Positions 50,898 through 62,293 are shown, counted from the stretch's first letter. The stretch is 64,000 bases of DNA from an uncultured Acidimicrobiia bacterium (GCA_963786955.1 CAWBAT010000007.1:169346-233345); one strand, 5' to 3'. Program-made: numbers and translations. The notes: generated from the letters alone by a model not told the origin.

Positions 50898-52813
50898 AAG
50901 GTCTCATGCAACATCTTGGCATCCATTTCCAATCGGGGGCGTCCAAAAAACAGCGTGGGGGCATCAAACGGGCGTTATTTGCTGTCATCCTGACTCTCTG
51001 GGCCATGTCAGCCACATACGTCAGTGCCGAGGACGCGTCTGTTACCGCCCAGGTGGAACCAAACCCCATTGAAATCGATGAGCAACTGACCTTGGTCATT
51101 ACCGTGACGGGACCGGGCAGTGCAAGCCCGCCCCAGCTCCCGAAGATTGACGGGGTAAAGCTGACGGGCGGACCGGCAGTGGCCAGTCAGTTTCAATGGG
51201 TGAATGGCCAGTCTTCCTCCTCCCAGAGTTTCACGTATTATTTCCAACCGGAGCGGGAAGGCAATGTCAAGATCCCATCGATCTCCGTGAAAGTGGGCGG
51301 CAAGGTTTACCAGACTCAAGAGATCAATGTCAAAGTAGTGAAAGATGCGGGCGGTGGCCAAAAGAATGCGCCGAAGCGGAGAAGCCCCTTATCAATCTTT
51401 GACGACATGGGGCTTGATGAGGATAGCCCCTATCGAGATCGAACACCGCGGCGAGCTGATGTATTGGTTGTTGCCGAAGTCGATAAGAAAAATGTCTCCG
51501 TGGGCGAACAAGTGACCCTCACCTACAAGATCCTGACTCAACTTCCCATTACACAAGTGGAACTTAAAGAAAGCCCCGCCTTGAATGGATTTTGGGTAGA
51601 AGAAATCCCTACCTCGAAGAATCCCGAGGCTCAAAATCGCGTGGTTAACGGTAAGCAGTTCGCAGAATACATCGTCAAGAAGCAGGCGCTTTTCCCGACC
51701 GGCGCCGGTACCCAGCAAATTCCATCGTCCACATTCGGGCTGGTTGTAAGGACGGGTACGGGAGGCTTGTTTTCTCTAGGCAGTCAAGAAGCAGTCGTGC
51801 GAAAGACTGATCCAATCGCGATCAAGGTGGCTGCAATTCCTGAAAAAGGAAGGTTACCCAATTTCGTCGGCGCCGTGGGTAATTTCAAACTCGAATCAAG
51901 TGTTGATAAATCCTCGGCTGAGACCGGAGAGGCCGTCAATCTTAAAGTCACATTGACTGGAATTGGAAATTTGAAAACGATCACGGATTTTCCGCTTCCC
52001 AGCTTGCCGGGTTTTAAGATTTACTCTTCCAAAAGCAATGACAATATGAATTTCAAGAATGACGTTCTGCAAGGGACGAAGACCTGGGAATACGTCATTA
52101 TTCCTCAAGCTCCTGGCCAGGAAATAATCCCGGAGCTAAAGTTCGATTACTTTTCCCCTGAGTCGCGACAGTTTCAGGAGGCTCGTACCCCTCCGCTGCA
52201 GGTGACGGTTCGGAAAGGTAAAGAAACGGCCGGAACAGAATCTGGCCCATCGGCCGTCTTGCAACAGGGAATCATAAAACGCGGTAGCGATATTAACTAC
52301 ATTAAGGTTTATTCCGCACCACTGAGAGACCGGTCTCGTCACTTCTACCAGTCTATCTGGCTTTACCTGGTGATGATGATCCCCGCACTCTTCAATGGAT
52401 TCTTACTGGCGTATATCAATCGCCAGGCGCGTCTGAGCCAAGACCTCATCGGTTTTCGGAGACGGAGGGCGGGCAAGGTCGCAGAGAAGCGCCTCGCCGA
52501 TGCCAAAAAATGCCTTGAAAAGGAAGAATTCAGTCAATTTCATAGCATTTTGGAGTCGTCCATTGCCGGCTATCTGAGTGATAAATTCAACCTGCTGCAA
52601 ATTGAAATTACTTCTCAGCAAGTGAAGCGATTTATGGAAGAAAAAAAGCTGAATCCGGACCTTACGATGCAAATCAGCTCTTTGCTTGAAGAGTGTAATT
52701 ATGCGCGCTATGCGCCAGTCTCCCTTGACCGGAAGAACCTGGAAGCGCTTTTTGAGAAGGCCCGCAATGCCATGATCCGCATCGAAAAAGAGACAGGTTC
52801 AGTAAAGAGGTGA
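50891..52813 (+). CDS. batD: BatD family protein
   Basis: GEQV, GAVGNF, GEAVNL..TGIGNL; C-terminal ARYAP. Confidence 0.88.
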   Translation: MVEGLMQHLGIHFQSGASKKQRGGIKRALFAVILTLWAMSATYVSAEDASVTAQVEPNPIEIDEQLTLVITVTGPGSASPPQLPKIDGVKLTGGPAVASQFQWVNGQSSSSQSFTYYFQPEREGNVKIPSISVKVGGKVYQTQEINVKVVKDAGGGQKNAPKRRSPLSIFDDMGLDEDSPYRDRTPRRADVLVVAEVDKKNVSVGEQVTLTYKILTQLPITQVELKESPALNGFWVEEIPTSKNPEAQNRVVNGKQFAEYIVKKQALFPTGAGTQQIPSSTFGLVVRTGTGGLFSLGSQEAVVRKTDPIAIKVAAIPEKGRLPNFVGAVGNFKLESSVDKSSAETGEAVNLKVTLTGIGNLKTITDFPLPSLPGFKIYSSKSNDNMNFKNDVLQGTKTWEYVIIPQAPGQEIIPELKFDYFSPESRQFQEARTPPLQVTVRKGKETAGTESGPSAVLQQGIIKRGSDINYIKVYSAPLRDRSRHFYQSIWLYLVMMIPALFNGFLLAYINRQARLSQDLIGFRRRRAGKVAEKRLADAKKCLEKEEFSQFHSILESSIAGYLSDKFNLLQIEITSQQVKRFMEEKKLNPDLTMQISSLLEECNYARYAPVSLDRKNLEALFEKARNAMIRIEKETGSVKR

Positions 52814-52817
52814 GGCC

Positions 52818-53627
52818 ATGAAGAAGAGCGGGCAGGGAACTAAGTTCATGAGGATTGTGTTCATTATCCTTTCTCTGAATGGTTTATTTTCCTCCCTAAT
52901 CCCGGTTGTTCATGCGGAGGTTCGTGGGGCCGAAGTCTCACAGCTTCTGAGTAGCGGGAATCAGTTTTACAGTCAGGGGAATTATAGAGCGGCCATCGAG
53001 CAATATGAGAGATTGGTTCGATTGCCGTTTTCGAATGAGATTGTCTATTACAATCTAGGGAATGCTTACTTCAAAAACAGCCAGCTGGGGAATGCCATTT
53101 TGAATTTCGAGAAAGCTTCTAAGCTTGCTCCTCACGATCCGGATGTCATTGCAAACCTGGAATTGGTCAAGGGGCGAATTGCTGACAAGATTGAAGGCCG
53201 GCAAGAAAACTTTCTACTGAGAGAGTTGAGAAAAATGACCTCTTTTATTCCCCTGGATGTCGAAACTGTCTTGGTTGTGCTCCTCTTTATTTCTGCCAAT
53301 CTAAGCTTTACGCTGTTCCTCTTGAGCCGCTCTCCTTTATTTTCGCGGTTGGCCATGGTGGGCGCCGGAGTTCTGTTGTTTTTCTCCTGCCTATTGGGCG
53401 TCTCTAATGCCATGCGGATTTATCAGGCAGAGACTTTGCGTGAAGGGGTTGTACTAGCCGACAAGGTAGATGTCGTTAGCGGTCCTGCTGCTGATAATTC
53501 GATCCTATTCTCAATTCACGAAGGGCTAAAAATTCGAATTGAAAATGAATTGGAAGGCTGGCTTCACATCAGTCTCGAAAATGGCTGGAATGGCTGGATA
53601 AAGAAAGACGGAGTTGGGATGATCTGA
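52818..53627 (+). CDS. BatE-like TPR + SH3 protein
   Basis: YYNLGNAYFK, LFSIHEGLK, GWI. Confidence 0.85.
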   Translation: MKKSGQGTKFMRIVFIILSLNGLFSSLIPVVHAEVRGAEVSQLLSSGNQFYSQGNYRAAIEQYERLVRLPFSNEIVYYNLGNAYFKNSQLGNAILNFEKASKLAPHDPDVIANLELVKGRIADKIEGRQENFLLRELRKMTSFIPLDVETVLVVLLFISANLSFTLFLLSRSPLFSRLAMVGAGVLLFFSCLLGVSNAMRIYQAETLREGVVLADKVDVVSGPAADNSILFSIHEGLKIRIENELEGWLHISLENGWNGWIKKDGVGMI

Positions 53628-53663
53628 GCCAATCGACCGAGAGTCAACACCGATACGCAGGGT

Positions 53664-54659
53664 TCAGGAAGCTTTTGGATCTAGATTCAGTCGTTCCATC
53701 TCATACAAGAGCGTCTCGCGAAGCCCTTCTTCAAATGGGCGGGGCTGAAATCCGAGTTCACGTCTAGCCTTGCTATTGTCGCCAATATAGGTAGTCCCCG
53801 CGATCACCCGCAAACTTTCCGACGTATACTCCGGAGGAAGAGAGAAGAAATGACCCACGATTCCCATCAAATTAGCCATCATGCTCATCATCCCGGGCGA
53901 AGGGCGAAGTCTGGGGGCTTTGATTCCGGTGATTTTTTCTGCGAATGCAAAAGCCTCTTCAAAGGTATGAATGGGTCCGGCAATGATATAACTTTCTCCC
54001 GGCTTTCCCTTTTCCATGGCTAAGACATGCCCTCGGGCCGTGTCCTCGACATGCGCCCAGCAAAAAGCAGTTTGTTTCGGGATGAGAGGTAGTTTGCTTT
54101 GCAGATATTTCCTGAAAGTCTCCCCCATGATACTGGCATCTCCTGGTCCGTATACGACGCCCGGTTGGACGATGACTAAGGGTAATCCTTGTTCGATGAG
54201 GGGAAGAGCAACTTGGTAATGAGCCAGCCACTTCGTTCGGTCATACTCACTGAGCCAGGGCCCATCGTGACGGTAGGTTTCATCCACCGCTTTCCCTCTG
54301 GTGTCTGAGAATACCGCTAGGGTACTTGTATATACTCCTTTCGGGATTGCCAACTCTCGCATCAATTCGAGTACATTCCGGGTTCCATCAACATTAATCC
54401 TTTCCGCTAAAAGAGAGTTCGGCACGCCGACCTTATACCAAGCAGCAATATGGAAAACGCCTTCAGCCTGAGACATCGGCAGGCGCATGCATTCTTTGTC
54501 GATGATGTCTCCTTCAGAAAGCTCGACGCCAAGAGCTTTTAATTCTCCTCCTTTGGATTTGTCGCGCACCAAAGCATTGACGCGATGTCCGGCCTCGATC
54601 AGTTGACGAGCTACCCGACCGCCGATAAAACCTGTTGCTCCAGTCAGAAAATAATTCAT
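53664..54659 (-). CDS. NAD-dependent epimerase/dehydratase (dihydroflavonol reductase-like)
   Basis: TGATGFIGG, YDRTK, PGVVYGPGD. Confidence 0.88.
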   Translation of the reverse strand: MNYFLTGATGFIGGRVARQLIEAGHRVNALVRDKSKGGELKALGVELSEGDIIDKECMRLPMSQAEGVFHIAAWYKVGVPNSLLAERINVDGTRNVLELMRELAIPKGVYTSTLAVFSDTRGKAVDETYRHDGPWLSEYDRTKWLAHYQVALPLIEQGLPLVIVQPGVVYGPGDASIMGETFRKYLQSKLPLIPKQTAFCWAHVEDTARGHVLAMEKGKPGESYIIAGPIHTFEEAFAFAEKITGIKAPRLRPSPGMMSMMANLMGIVGHFFSLPPEYTSESLRVIAGTTYIGDNSKARRELGFQPRPFEEGLRETLLYEMERLNLDPKAS

Positions 54660-54784
54660 GGATAGACCTCGTCGGATGACTGGAAGAGGTTATCAACCAT
54701 GTGCGCTGCAAAGCAAGTGAGAGAAACGAATGGTCGATCAAGGCTGGTATCTGCATTTGCAATATTCAAACAAATATACTTCCT

Positions 54785-56126
54785 CTAGATGGGTATACGA
54801 AGACGGGCGACGCAACCCTTGGCGTCTGTTCGATCTTCAAGAGTCAACTGGCCTGCATGGGCCTCAGCAATTTGGCGACTTAGCACCAGTCCAATGCCTG
54901 ACCCGCCGGGCTTTGTTGTAAAGAAAGGAACGAATAGGTTGGTAGTCTTCGGAAGGCCAGGCCCTTCATCGGCTACCCAGACCTCGAGTTGCCCAATCAG
55001 TTTCTTCCAACCCAGTTCGACGGTTCCTCCAGTTTCTAGCGATGCATCCACAGCATTTCGAACCAAATTGATCAGTAGCTGCTCCAACTGGTCCTTGTCC
55101 CCCTGGATCTCCAATTCCGGCCCGGGTTGGAGTTTCACGGTTAGTCGTGTTTCCAATGGGATGACGGTTCGAATCCAGGTCCCAACATCGACTTGTCGAA
55201 ATTGCGGCTGCGGCAAACGCGCCAACCTGGCATAAGCTTGCATGAACCGACTTAATGCTTCAGCCCGTGTCGCAATCACTTCAAGGCCTCGCCGCATGTC
55301 ATCTTCCCAATCACCAGGGGGTGGTTTCTGCCGGATCAATTGTTCGAGGCTTCCAGCAATTGATTTGATCGGGGTGAGAGAATTATTCAGTTCATGGCCA
55401 AGGACCCGTACCAGCCGTTGCCAAGCCAGACGCTCTTCTTCTCGCAGGGCACGGCTGAGATCTGTCAACAACAACAGCTGGTGGGGAATGCCACCTTCAC
55501 GAAAAGTGCTGCGGCGGATGGCCCACCGGCCGCTTCCCCCTGGGAAGGTTTTCGATAGAGTGGCAGCCTCTTCTCCTTGCAGGCAGTCTTCCAGTCCAAG
55601 AGAATCTGCCGGCATTCCAGTCAGTTGCTCTGCCGTGGCCGCGAGCAACCGCTCTCCGGCTCGGTTTATTAATCGAAGGTTTTGACCCACATCGAAAGTG
55701 AACACCGCCACGTCAATCTCGGCCATGACGGACCTAAGCAGAGCAGTGGCGTCCACGGCTCCCATTCGTTGCTGGCGAAGAGACTCCCCCAAGGCGTTGA
55801 CCTCATGCATCACTTCGGCCAAGGCATCATTGAAACCGGCGCCACGGGCGCGGATTGAGTAATCTTCTTCTCGCAGTGCGGCTAAGAGATTTGAGAGTGT
55901 CTGAAGCGGGAAAACTACCTTTTTCCCGCAGACGGAAAGCGATTGCCAGCCAAGCGAGGACAATGAGAAGCAATACGGTCCATCGAAATCTCGTGGTGTA
56001 ATCTCCCGTCCAAAGCAGAACGCCTGTAGCAACCACTCCCGGAAGCCCCGCCAGAATGGCTAGTAGGAAGATCCTTCTCTCAAAATTCAGCCTCGGTGAT
56101 TTCGATTTGGGATTTGGATACGACAT
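54785..56126 (-). pseudogene. Sensor histidine kinase with a frameshift at about 55920
   Basis: 2-TM N-terminus (ORF 55827-56126) joins VVFPLQTL... frame with HELNNSL, NLVRNA, DEGPG, GSGIGL; one extra A in the A5 run. Confidence 0.85.
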
Positions 56127-56270
56127 TGGGATTCGATTTGAGAGTATTGGTCGCGAATAGGACCTGTGTCGCCAGCCAAGAAGAATGGATCTCGCTTACT
56201 TCTTTACTGCGAATAAACCGAGGGAACCTGGACAAGCTTGGATCTCTTTCACAATCGTAATCGTGCTAAT

Positions 56271-57641
56271 TCACAACCCATATCGTTGTAATCGTCGGTA
56301 GAGGGCGCTTCGGCTAACGCCAAGAGTTTCGGCGGCGCGGCTAACGTTTCCCTCAAATCGGGCTAGTGCCTTCTGGATAAGAACGCGTTCAACTTCTTCC
56401 AAGCTCATATCCTCCAAACGGGTTCCTGATTCTTGCCCCGGGGACAACCAAAGGTCTTCAGCCCTTACAATCTCTCCTGGACACATGAGAACAGCTCGTT
56501 CGATGGCGTGATCTAATTCCCGGATATTTCCAGGCCATGGGTGCGCCGCAAGACGCTGCTTTGCACGCTCCTCCATGCCCTTAACGACCTTGCGATAGTG
56601 CAAGGCATGCTGGCTGAGAAAAAGTGATGCAAGTAGAGGGATATCTTCCCTCCTCTCTCTTAATGGCGGAAGATGAATTTCAATGGTGTTCAACCGGAAC
56701 AGTAAGTCCTGGCGAAAACGTCCGCCGGCAATCTCCTGGCTCAAATTGGAATTGGTGGCCGATAGGATGCGTACATCGATTTGAATCGTCCTCGATGATC
56801 CAACTCTTTCAAATTCTCCTGTTTCAAGCACGCGTAAGAGCTTAGCCTGGAGGATTGGAGGAATATTGGCGATTTCATCCAGGAACAAAGTGCCTCGATC
56901 AGCTAGTTCGAATCGCCCGACACGATCACTTTTCGCATCTGTAAAAGCGCCCTTAACATGGCCAAACAGCTCGCTCTCAAAGACTCCTTCCGATAGACCA
57001 CCGGCATTGACCGTGATCAAGGGCTTTGCTGATCGAGACGATTTGGAATGGAGGATTTTCGCGACTAAACTCTTCCCAGTTCCGTTCTCCCCGGTGATGA
57101 GTACATTGGCGTCGGAAGAGCCTATCCGATCGATGAGCGTTTGCACCGGATGCATGGCAGGCGACTCGGCAATTATTTTTGGAAAAGTATCTTCTCTAAG
57201 AAGACGGTTCTCTTCTTCCAGCCGTTGCCCTTGACGCAAGGCCTGTCGAAGCTCAATCTGGTTTCTGAGGATGGAAAGCATCCGCGAGTTTTCCCAAGGC
57301 TTTTGGACAAAATCTCGTGCCCCTCGCTTAATGGATTCGACAGCCAATTCAACACTTCCCCATGCTGTCATCACAACAACGGGCAAAGTAAAGTCAAGAG
57401 ACTGAATACGTTTGAGAAGATCTAAGCCTTCCTGTCCCGAAGTGGTATCCCTCGTATAATTAAGGTCGATGAGCAAAAGGTCAAAATCCTGTTTAGTCAA
57501 AGCCTCGACGACGCTACTCGGTGAGGAGACAGACTTGATTTGATAGCCCTCTCCCTTTAGGAGCAGTCGAAGGGCTTCCAAGACATCGGGATGATCATCG
57601 GCAATCAGAATGGATGGATTCGGCATTTGGCTAGATCTCAT
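56271..57641 (-). CDS. Sigma54-dependent NtrC-family response regulator
   Basis: Receiver domain; GENGTGKS, GAFTDA, WPGNIREL; Fis HTH. Confidence 0.95.
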   Translation of the reverse strand: MRSSQMPNPSILIADDHPDVLEALRLLLKGEGYQIKSVSSPSSVVEALTKQDFDLLLIDLNYTRDTTSGQEGLDLLKRIQSLDFTLPVVVMTAWGSVELAVESIKRGARDFVQKPWENSRMLSILRNQIELRQALRQGQRLEEENRLLREDTFPKIIAESPAMHPVQTLIDRIGSSDANVLITGENGTGKSLVAKILHSKSSRSAKPLITVNAGGLSEGVFESELFGHVKGAFTDAKSDRVGRFELADRGTLFLDEIANIPPILQAKLLRVLETGEFERVGSSRTIQIDVRILSATNSNLSQEIAGGRFRQDLLFRLNTIEIHLPPLRERREDIPLLASLFLSQHALHYRKVVKGMEERAKQRLAAHPWPGNIRELDHAIERAVLMCPGEIVRAEDLWLSPGQESGTRLEDMSLEEVERVLIQKALARFEGNVSRAAETLGVSRSALYRRLQRYGL

Positions 57642-57709
57642 GGTTCTTATTTGACTTCTTCGTATTTCGTTATAGATTCGCAGTTCTCAGTGGCCAACGC
57701 AACTTCCAT

Positions 57710-57766
57710 CCCGAACCCAGGGTTTTTAGGTAGCATTCGAATGGCGTAGCGAAGGTCGTTTAGCAT
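57710..57766 (-). pseudogene. Orphan N-terminal stub of an ADOP-type ABC permease
   Basis: MLNDLRYAIRMLPKNPGF, matching the start of the intact permease ([18 protein letters not shown]), then unrelated sequence. Confidence 0.8.
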
Positions 57767-57860
57767 AGTGATAAGTGGTTGGTTGTCAGCCATCAGCTAA
57801 GAGCTTTTAGTCCTGGGTGTCAGTAGTCAAGAAGTCAAAAATAAGACGTCTGGTAAAAAG

Positions 57861-57893
57861 TGACTGGTCAATAGATTGGTCATCTGTTATCAT
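57861..57893 (+). promoter_or_regulatory. TA promoter/operator (likely leaderless mRNA)
   Basis: TGACTGGTCA and AGATTGGTCA boxes; TGtTATCAT extended -10 ending 7 nt before ATG 57901. Confidence 0.55.
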
Positions 57894-57900
57894 GCTTATT

Positions 57901-58134
57901 ATGAAGACAGTGGAAAAGACTATTGCGGCGAGTGAATTCAAGGCAAAGTGCCTCAAGATTCTGGAACGCCTCGATCCCCCGGGGTTGATCATCACCAAGA
58001 GAGGGCGGCCCATCGCGAAAGTGACTCCGATCCCGATTGAAGACAACCTGAAGTTGGTTGGGTCAATGAAAGGCAAAATCAAGATCAAAGGCGACCTCTT
58101 CTCAACAGGCATTAAGTGGAATGCTCAATCTTGA
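57901..58134 (+). CDS. Phd/YefM-family antitoxin
   Basis: ASEFKAKCL..ITKRGRPIAKV. Confidence 0.9.
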   Translation: MKTVEKTIAASEFKAKCLKILERLDPPGLIITKRGRPIAKVTPIPIEDNLKLVGSMKGKIKIKGDLFSTGIKWNAQS

Positions 58135-58486
58135 TACGCACATCCTTGTCTCCATGCTAGCGGGAGACATTTCCGACCGAGAGCTCCGGCTCATTCAGGG
58201 TGAACGACTAGTCATTTCTGACATCGTGCTCTGGGAACTGGCAAAAATGACGCAGCTCGGGCGTTTGGCGATGGATTTGGAAAGCTCTGAGTTTCGTCTC
58301 TGCCTACAAAGCTTGATCGTTATTCCCCTCTCACTTGAAATCGCACAGCAAAGCACGCAATTGGATTTCTCCTCTGATCCAGCCGATGAAATCATTGCTG
58401 CAACGAGTATTGTTGAGGACATTCCGTTGTTAACGCGCGATCGCCGGATTCTGAAATCGCGGATGGTTCCATTCCCAAAGAAATAG
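58121..58486 (+). CDS. VapC PIN-domain toxin
   Basis: LDTHIL, WE, DPADEIIAAT, LLTRD. Confidence 0.9.
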   Translation: MLNLDTHILVSMLAGDISDRELRLIQGERLVISDIVLWELAKMTQLGRLAMDLESSEFRLCLQSLIVIPLSLEIAQQSTQLDFSSDPADEIIAATSIVEDIPLLTRDRRILKSRMVPFPKK

Positions 58487-58631
58487 TTGGACGTTTTTGT
58501 TCTAATCACACGGGCCTTGTTTTCCCAAATTTCTCCTGCTCTCGAACCCACGTTTGCCTGTTCCTTAAACGAACCACCAACCCCGTACGACTTTACTCAA
58601 GTCACAAGCCAACTTCCGGATCTACGTCTTC

Positions 58632-58688
58632 CTGGGAGCGCGGCCGTCCCGGCCGCCACCGGAACGGGCAGGATGCCTGCGGTCCTGG
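58632..58688. repeat. REP-like double hairpin
   Basis: GGGAGCGCGGCCGTCCCGGCCGC...GGGCAGGATGCCTGCGGTCC. Confidence 0.6.
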
Positions 58689-58691
58689 AAT

Positions 58692-61112
58692 TCATTCGTA
58701 TCGCAACGCTTCCATTGGATCGACTTTGGTCGCCCGACGGGCGGGGAAGTAGCTGGCTAGAAGCGTCACTCCGGCCAGAAGCACTGAAACGCCCGCGAAG
58801 ATCGTAGGGTCCCTTGCACTCACGCCAAAAAGCAAGCTGGAAAGCGCGCGAGACAATGCCAGGGACGCTGCCAAGCCGATAGCCACACCAACCAGAGCAA
58901 GCAACATCCCTTGACGGACCACCAGCCGTATCACCCCACCCTTCTGAGCCCCTAATGCGATGCGGATTCCGATTTCGTGCGTCCGTTGTTGCACGGAATA
59001 GGACATCACACCGTAAATTCCCACCGAAGCCAGCAGCAGCGCTATGGCGGCGAAGACGCTCATCAGAAGCATGTTGAAATTTTGCGGCGCGATTGATGTG
59101 GAGACAACCTGCTCCATGGACCGGATGTTGAAGACTGGCTGTTGGCGATCGACTTTCTGGATCTCACGCTTTACCGCCTCACGCAGGCTGAGAGGTTCCA
59201 GGGCAGTACGCACAACCCAGTTCGGTGGCTGCATCTGGTTCATGAAGACCATCATTTTCGAGGGAACCTGCGGAGAGGGGACAAACAGTTCTGGCGACAC
59301 CTCGGGTTTATCCAGTGTTAACATGACGTCCCCAACTATTCCGACGATTTGACGCGGCGCATCGACCCGTTCCAGCCCCATCGAGATCGTCAAATGTTGA
59401 CCGATGGGGTCTTCGCTGGGCCAGTACTTGCGAGCCAAAGTCTCATTGATGATGACCACTGGTGACGTGTTCTCCGCGTCACCCTCCGTAAAGTACCGGC
59501 CCTGCATTAGGGGAATGCGCATTACTTTGAAATAGCTTGGCGTAATCGCGCGCCATTGGCCCCCTGCCGTAAAATTGGACCGGCCCTCAATATTGAAGTT
59601 CCAGCTGAGAGACTGGTCCAGCGGGAGACCGCTGACAGCAGCAGCGGTCTCAACCCCAGCCAAAGCTTCGATGCGCTCTAGGGCCTGGCGGTAGAAATTG
59701 GCTACTTGTGGAGTGGTGGCGTATTTCGACTCAGTCAACGACATTTGCAGGGTCAAGACGTGGCTCGGGTCAAAACCCGGTTTAACAGAACGCAAACGCC
59801 TGAAGCTTTCCATCAACAGGGTAGCCCCAATCAAAAGCACCAGCGCCAGAGAAACCTCGCTCACAACCAGCAGATTCCGAGCTCTTCGGCGGCGCGTTCC
59901 GACTGTGGTTCGGCTAGTCCCCTCCTTGAGGGTTTCGTTCAAATCAGATTTGGACGCTTCAAATGCAGGAGCCAAACCAAAAATTATCCCGGTCAGCAGT
60001 GAAATAGCCAAGGTGAAACCAAGAACTCGACCATTGATTCCAATCTCGCCAAGACGAGGGATGTTTCCCGGGTCCAGGGCAAGGAGAACCTCAAGAGCCC
60101 AAGCCCCCGTGAGAAGACCCAATGCGCCCCCAATGAGCGACAACAGCGCACTTTCCGTCAGCAACTGCCGAATCAGGCGGAGCCGACTGGCTCCAAGTGC
60201 CATCCGGACACCCATCTCTTTTTTCCTCGCCGTGGCTCGAGCCAGGAGTAGGTTGGCCACGTTGGTGCAAGCAATCAGCAACACCAAACCCACCGAACCC
60301 AGCAACAGCAGCAATGGCGGTTGAACATCCCCAACGAGTTGCTCTCGAAGCGGGATCAAGCCAACGGTCTCATTCTTCCCAATCCGGTTTGGGTATTCCT
60401 GGCGAAACTGCCGTGCAACACGGTCCATCTCTAACCGTGCCAATTCAATCGAAATGTCCGGCTTGAGGCGACCGACCACATGTAATCGGTTTGCCGGATC
60501 TTGGCTATTGGGGACACCGCGGAACAACGTCCAGAGATCCGCCTGTGCAGAGAACTGAAAGAAGGTTGGCATAATGCCGATGACGGTGTAGGTCTCACCA
60601 CTCAGGGTCAGCGGCTTTCCAAGTATATCGGGGTTGGCGCCAAACCGTTGTTTCCAGAGTTTCTGACTCAGGATCACGACCCGTTCAGCGCCAGGGTGGT
60701 CTTCTTCCGGCAGAAAGTTGCGGCCAAGGACGGGATTCACACCCACCAGCCGAAAGAAGTCGGCCGTAACGCGGATGCCGCGAAGGCGATCTGGCTCGCT
60801 GCCGCTGGCCAAATTGAAGCCGGTCTCGACAGGGTCGTAGCCAGCCATGTGCTCGAAGACCCCGTTCTGATTGATCCAGAATGCAAATTTGGGAACAGAA
60901 ATCAATGTGTTCCCTCCAACTGGATATCGCGCGTATAGTTGTATCAAGCGGTCTGGGTCCTTCAAGGGCAAAGGGCGCAACAAGACGGTGTTGACAACGC
61001 TGAAGATGGCGGTATTGGCTCCGATCCCAAGGGCGAGCGTCACCACGGCGACTGCGGTAAAGCCGGGTTTCTTGAGAAGCATGCGAAAGGCGAAACGAAA
61101 GTCGTTGAGCAT
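58692..61112 (-). CDS. ADOP-type duplicated MacB/FtsX ABC permease
   Basis: [55 protein letters not shown]. Confidence 0.95.
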   Translation of the reverse strand: MLNDFRFAFRMLLKKPGFTAVAVVTLALGIGANTAIFSVVNTVLLRPLPLKDPDRLIQLYARYPVGGNTLISVPKFAFWINQNGVFEHMAGYDPVETGFNLASGSEPDRLRGIRVTADFFRLVGVNPVLGRNFLPEEDHPGAERVVILSQKLWKQRFGANPDILGKPLTLSGETYTVIGIMPTFFQFSAQADLWTLFRGVPNSQDPANRLHVVGRLKPDISIELARLEMDRVARQFRQEYPNRIGKNETVGLIPLREQLVGDVQPPLLLLLGSVGLVLLIACTNVANLLLARATARKKEMGVRMALGASRLRLIRQLLTESALLSLIGGALGLLTGAWALEVLLALDPGNIPRLGEIGINGRVLGFTLAISLLTGIIFGLAPAFEASKSDLNETLKEGTSRTTVGTRRRRARNLLVVSEVSLALVLLIGATLLMESFRRLRSVKPGFDPSHVLTLQMSLTESKYATTPQVANFYRQALERIEALAGVETAAAVSGLPLDQSLSWNFNIEGRSNFTAGGQWRAITPSYFKVMRIPLMQGRYFTEGDAENTSPVVIINETLARKYWPSEDPIGQHLTISMGLERVDAPRQIVGIVGDVMLTLDKPEVSPELFVPSPQVPSKMMVFMNQMQPPNWVVRTALEPLSLREAVKREIQKVDRQQPVFNIRSMEQVVSTSIAPQNFNMLLMSVFAAIALLLASVGIYGVMSYSVQQRTHEIGIRIALGAQKGGVIRLVVRQGMLLALVGVAIGLAASLALSRALSSLLFGVSARDPTIFAGVSVLLAGVTLLASYFPARRATKVDPMEALRYE

Positions 61113-61119
61113 AATGGTC

Positions 61120-61258
61120 AGTGTTTAGTCGTGGGTGGTTAGTGGTTCAAGGGTCCAGAGTCCAAAGTCCTACCTCTAAGGTCCAAAAGACAGCGGTCTT
61201 ATCGAACACAAACTCGAAAACCGGCTTCAATCCGCAATCCACAATCCGAAATCCGCAG
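61120..61258. repeat. 7-nt repeat tracts between the permease start and the TA promoter
   Basis: GTGGTTA GTGGTTC; GTCCAGA GTCCAAA; AATCCGC AATCCAC AATCCGA AATCCGC. Confidence 0.65.
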
Positions 61259-61271
61259 GGCCTGTCCGTTG

Positions 61272-61343
61272 TTGACGGTACGTTCATTTCGTCGTACTCT
61301 GTTTCTGGAAATTCCTATTTCTGGAAATTCCACTTCCTGGAAA
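61272..61343 (+). promoter_or_regulatory. TA promoter with three 16-bp-periodic operator repeats
   Basis: TTGACG-17 bp-TACTCT, then TTTCTGGAAATTCC x2 and TTCCTGGAAA. Confidence 0.7.
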
Positions 61344-61368
61344 ACCCTCTCAGAAAGGATCAGCTAGG

Positions 61369-61662
61369 ATGGTAAACCCAAAACGAAAAAGACTTACACG
61401 GCTTGTGAAACCCTTGTCCAAAGGGCAGGTCACGATTCCGATCGACTTTCGCAGAGAGCTTGGAATCTCTGAGGATACGATTTTGAATATCACCTTGAAG
61501 AACGGCAAAATCGAAATCTTCCCTCTGCATTCCCCTCGCGGTGAGCAGACGTCGCGGGAATTCAGTGAGGCTGAGATCCGCCAATTCTTAAGGGAGGACC
61601 GCATCGATACCAAGACGGCCGCCCGCGTTCGTCGTTTGCTTGGGAAAAGACTGGCCTCGTGA
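61369..61662 (+). CDS. AbrB/MazE/SpoVT antitoxin
   Basis: SKGQVTIPIDFRRELGI. Confidence 0.9.
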   Translation: MVNPKRKRLTRLVKPLSKGQVTIPIDFRRELGISEDTILNITLKNGKIEIFPLHSPRGEQTSREFSEAEIRQFLREDRIDTKTAARVRRLLGKRLAS

Positions 61663-62099
61663 AAGCGCCGGACCTCTTCCTGGACGCCTGCGTATTCATC
61701 GCTGCGGCCGCTTCCTCTCAAGGCGCCTCCGCTCTCGTACTGGAGATCTGTACGCGGGGGATGGCTCAGCCAGTGGCTACGCAGTTGATTCTCCAGGAGG
61801 CTGAACGCAACATTCGCTTGAAGTTCGATCAGGAAGTGCTTTGTCGCTTTTACCAGGATATTGCAGATTCCGAGCTTCGGCTGATTGAGCCCGCCAGACC
61901 TGACGAAATCGCGGCATGCAGCAGAATTATCGCTCCGAAGGATGCCCACGTCTTGGCCGCGGCAATCCGAAGTGAGGCAGGCATCCTCTTGACCCTGGAT
62001 CGAAAGCACTTTATGACTCCTTCCGTTCGTCATGCCAAGTCTGGTCTCGCCATCCAAACTCCGGGAGATTTTATCCGCCAGTGGGTTGATAGAAAGTAG
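61659..62099 (+). CDS. PIN-domain toxin
   Basis: LDACVFIAA, E, KDAHVLAAA, LLTLDRKHF; GTGA overlap. Confidence 0.88.
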   Translation: MKAPDLFLDACVFIAAAASSQGASALVLEICTRGMAQPVATQLILQEAERNIRLKFDQEVLCRFYQDIADSELRLIEPARPDEIAACSRIIAPKDAHVLAAAIRSEAGILLTLDRKHFMTPSVRHAKSGLAIQTPGDFIRQWVDRK

Positions 62100-62236
62100 T
62101 CAATCCAATCGCACAACCTGGGCAGTGGCTTAGATCAGCCTAGCCCCTCACCGGATTGGAGAGCTGTTTCACTCCTTACTTGTCGCCTCCACTTGTTACT
62201 GCCCCAACCTCACACCTGACACCTAATACCTGACAC

Positions 62237-62293
62237 CTATTCATATCTCAACGCTACCATCGAATCGACCTTCGTCGCGCGGCGCGCGGGATA
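62237..62293 (-). pseudogene. Orphan C-terminal stub of an ADOP permease
   Basis: [18 protein letters not shown]; no gene body. Confidence 0.85.

Noticed and set aside
55915-55930. Programmed -1 frameshift in the kinase
   Set aside because: Restoring the frame needs +1, and there is no in-frame X XXY YYZ heptamer
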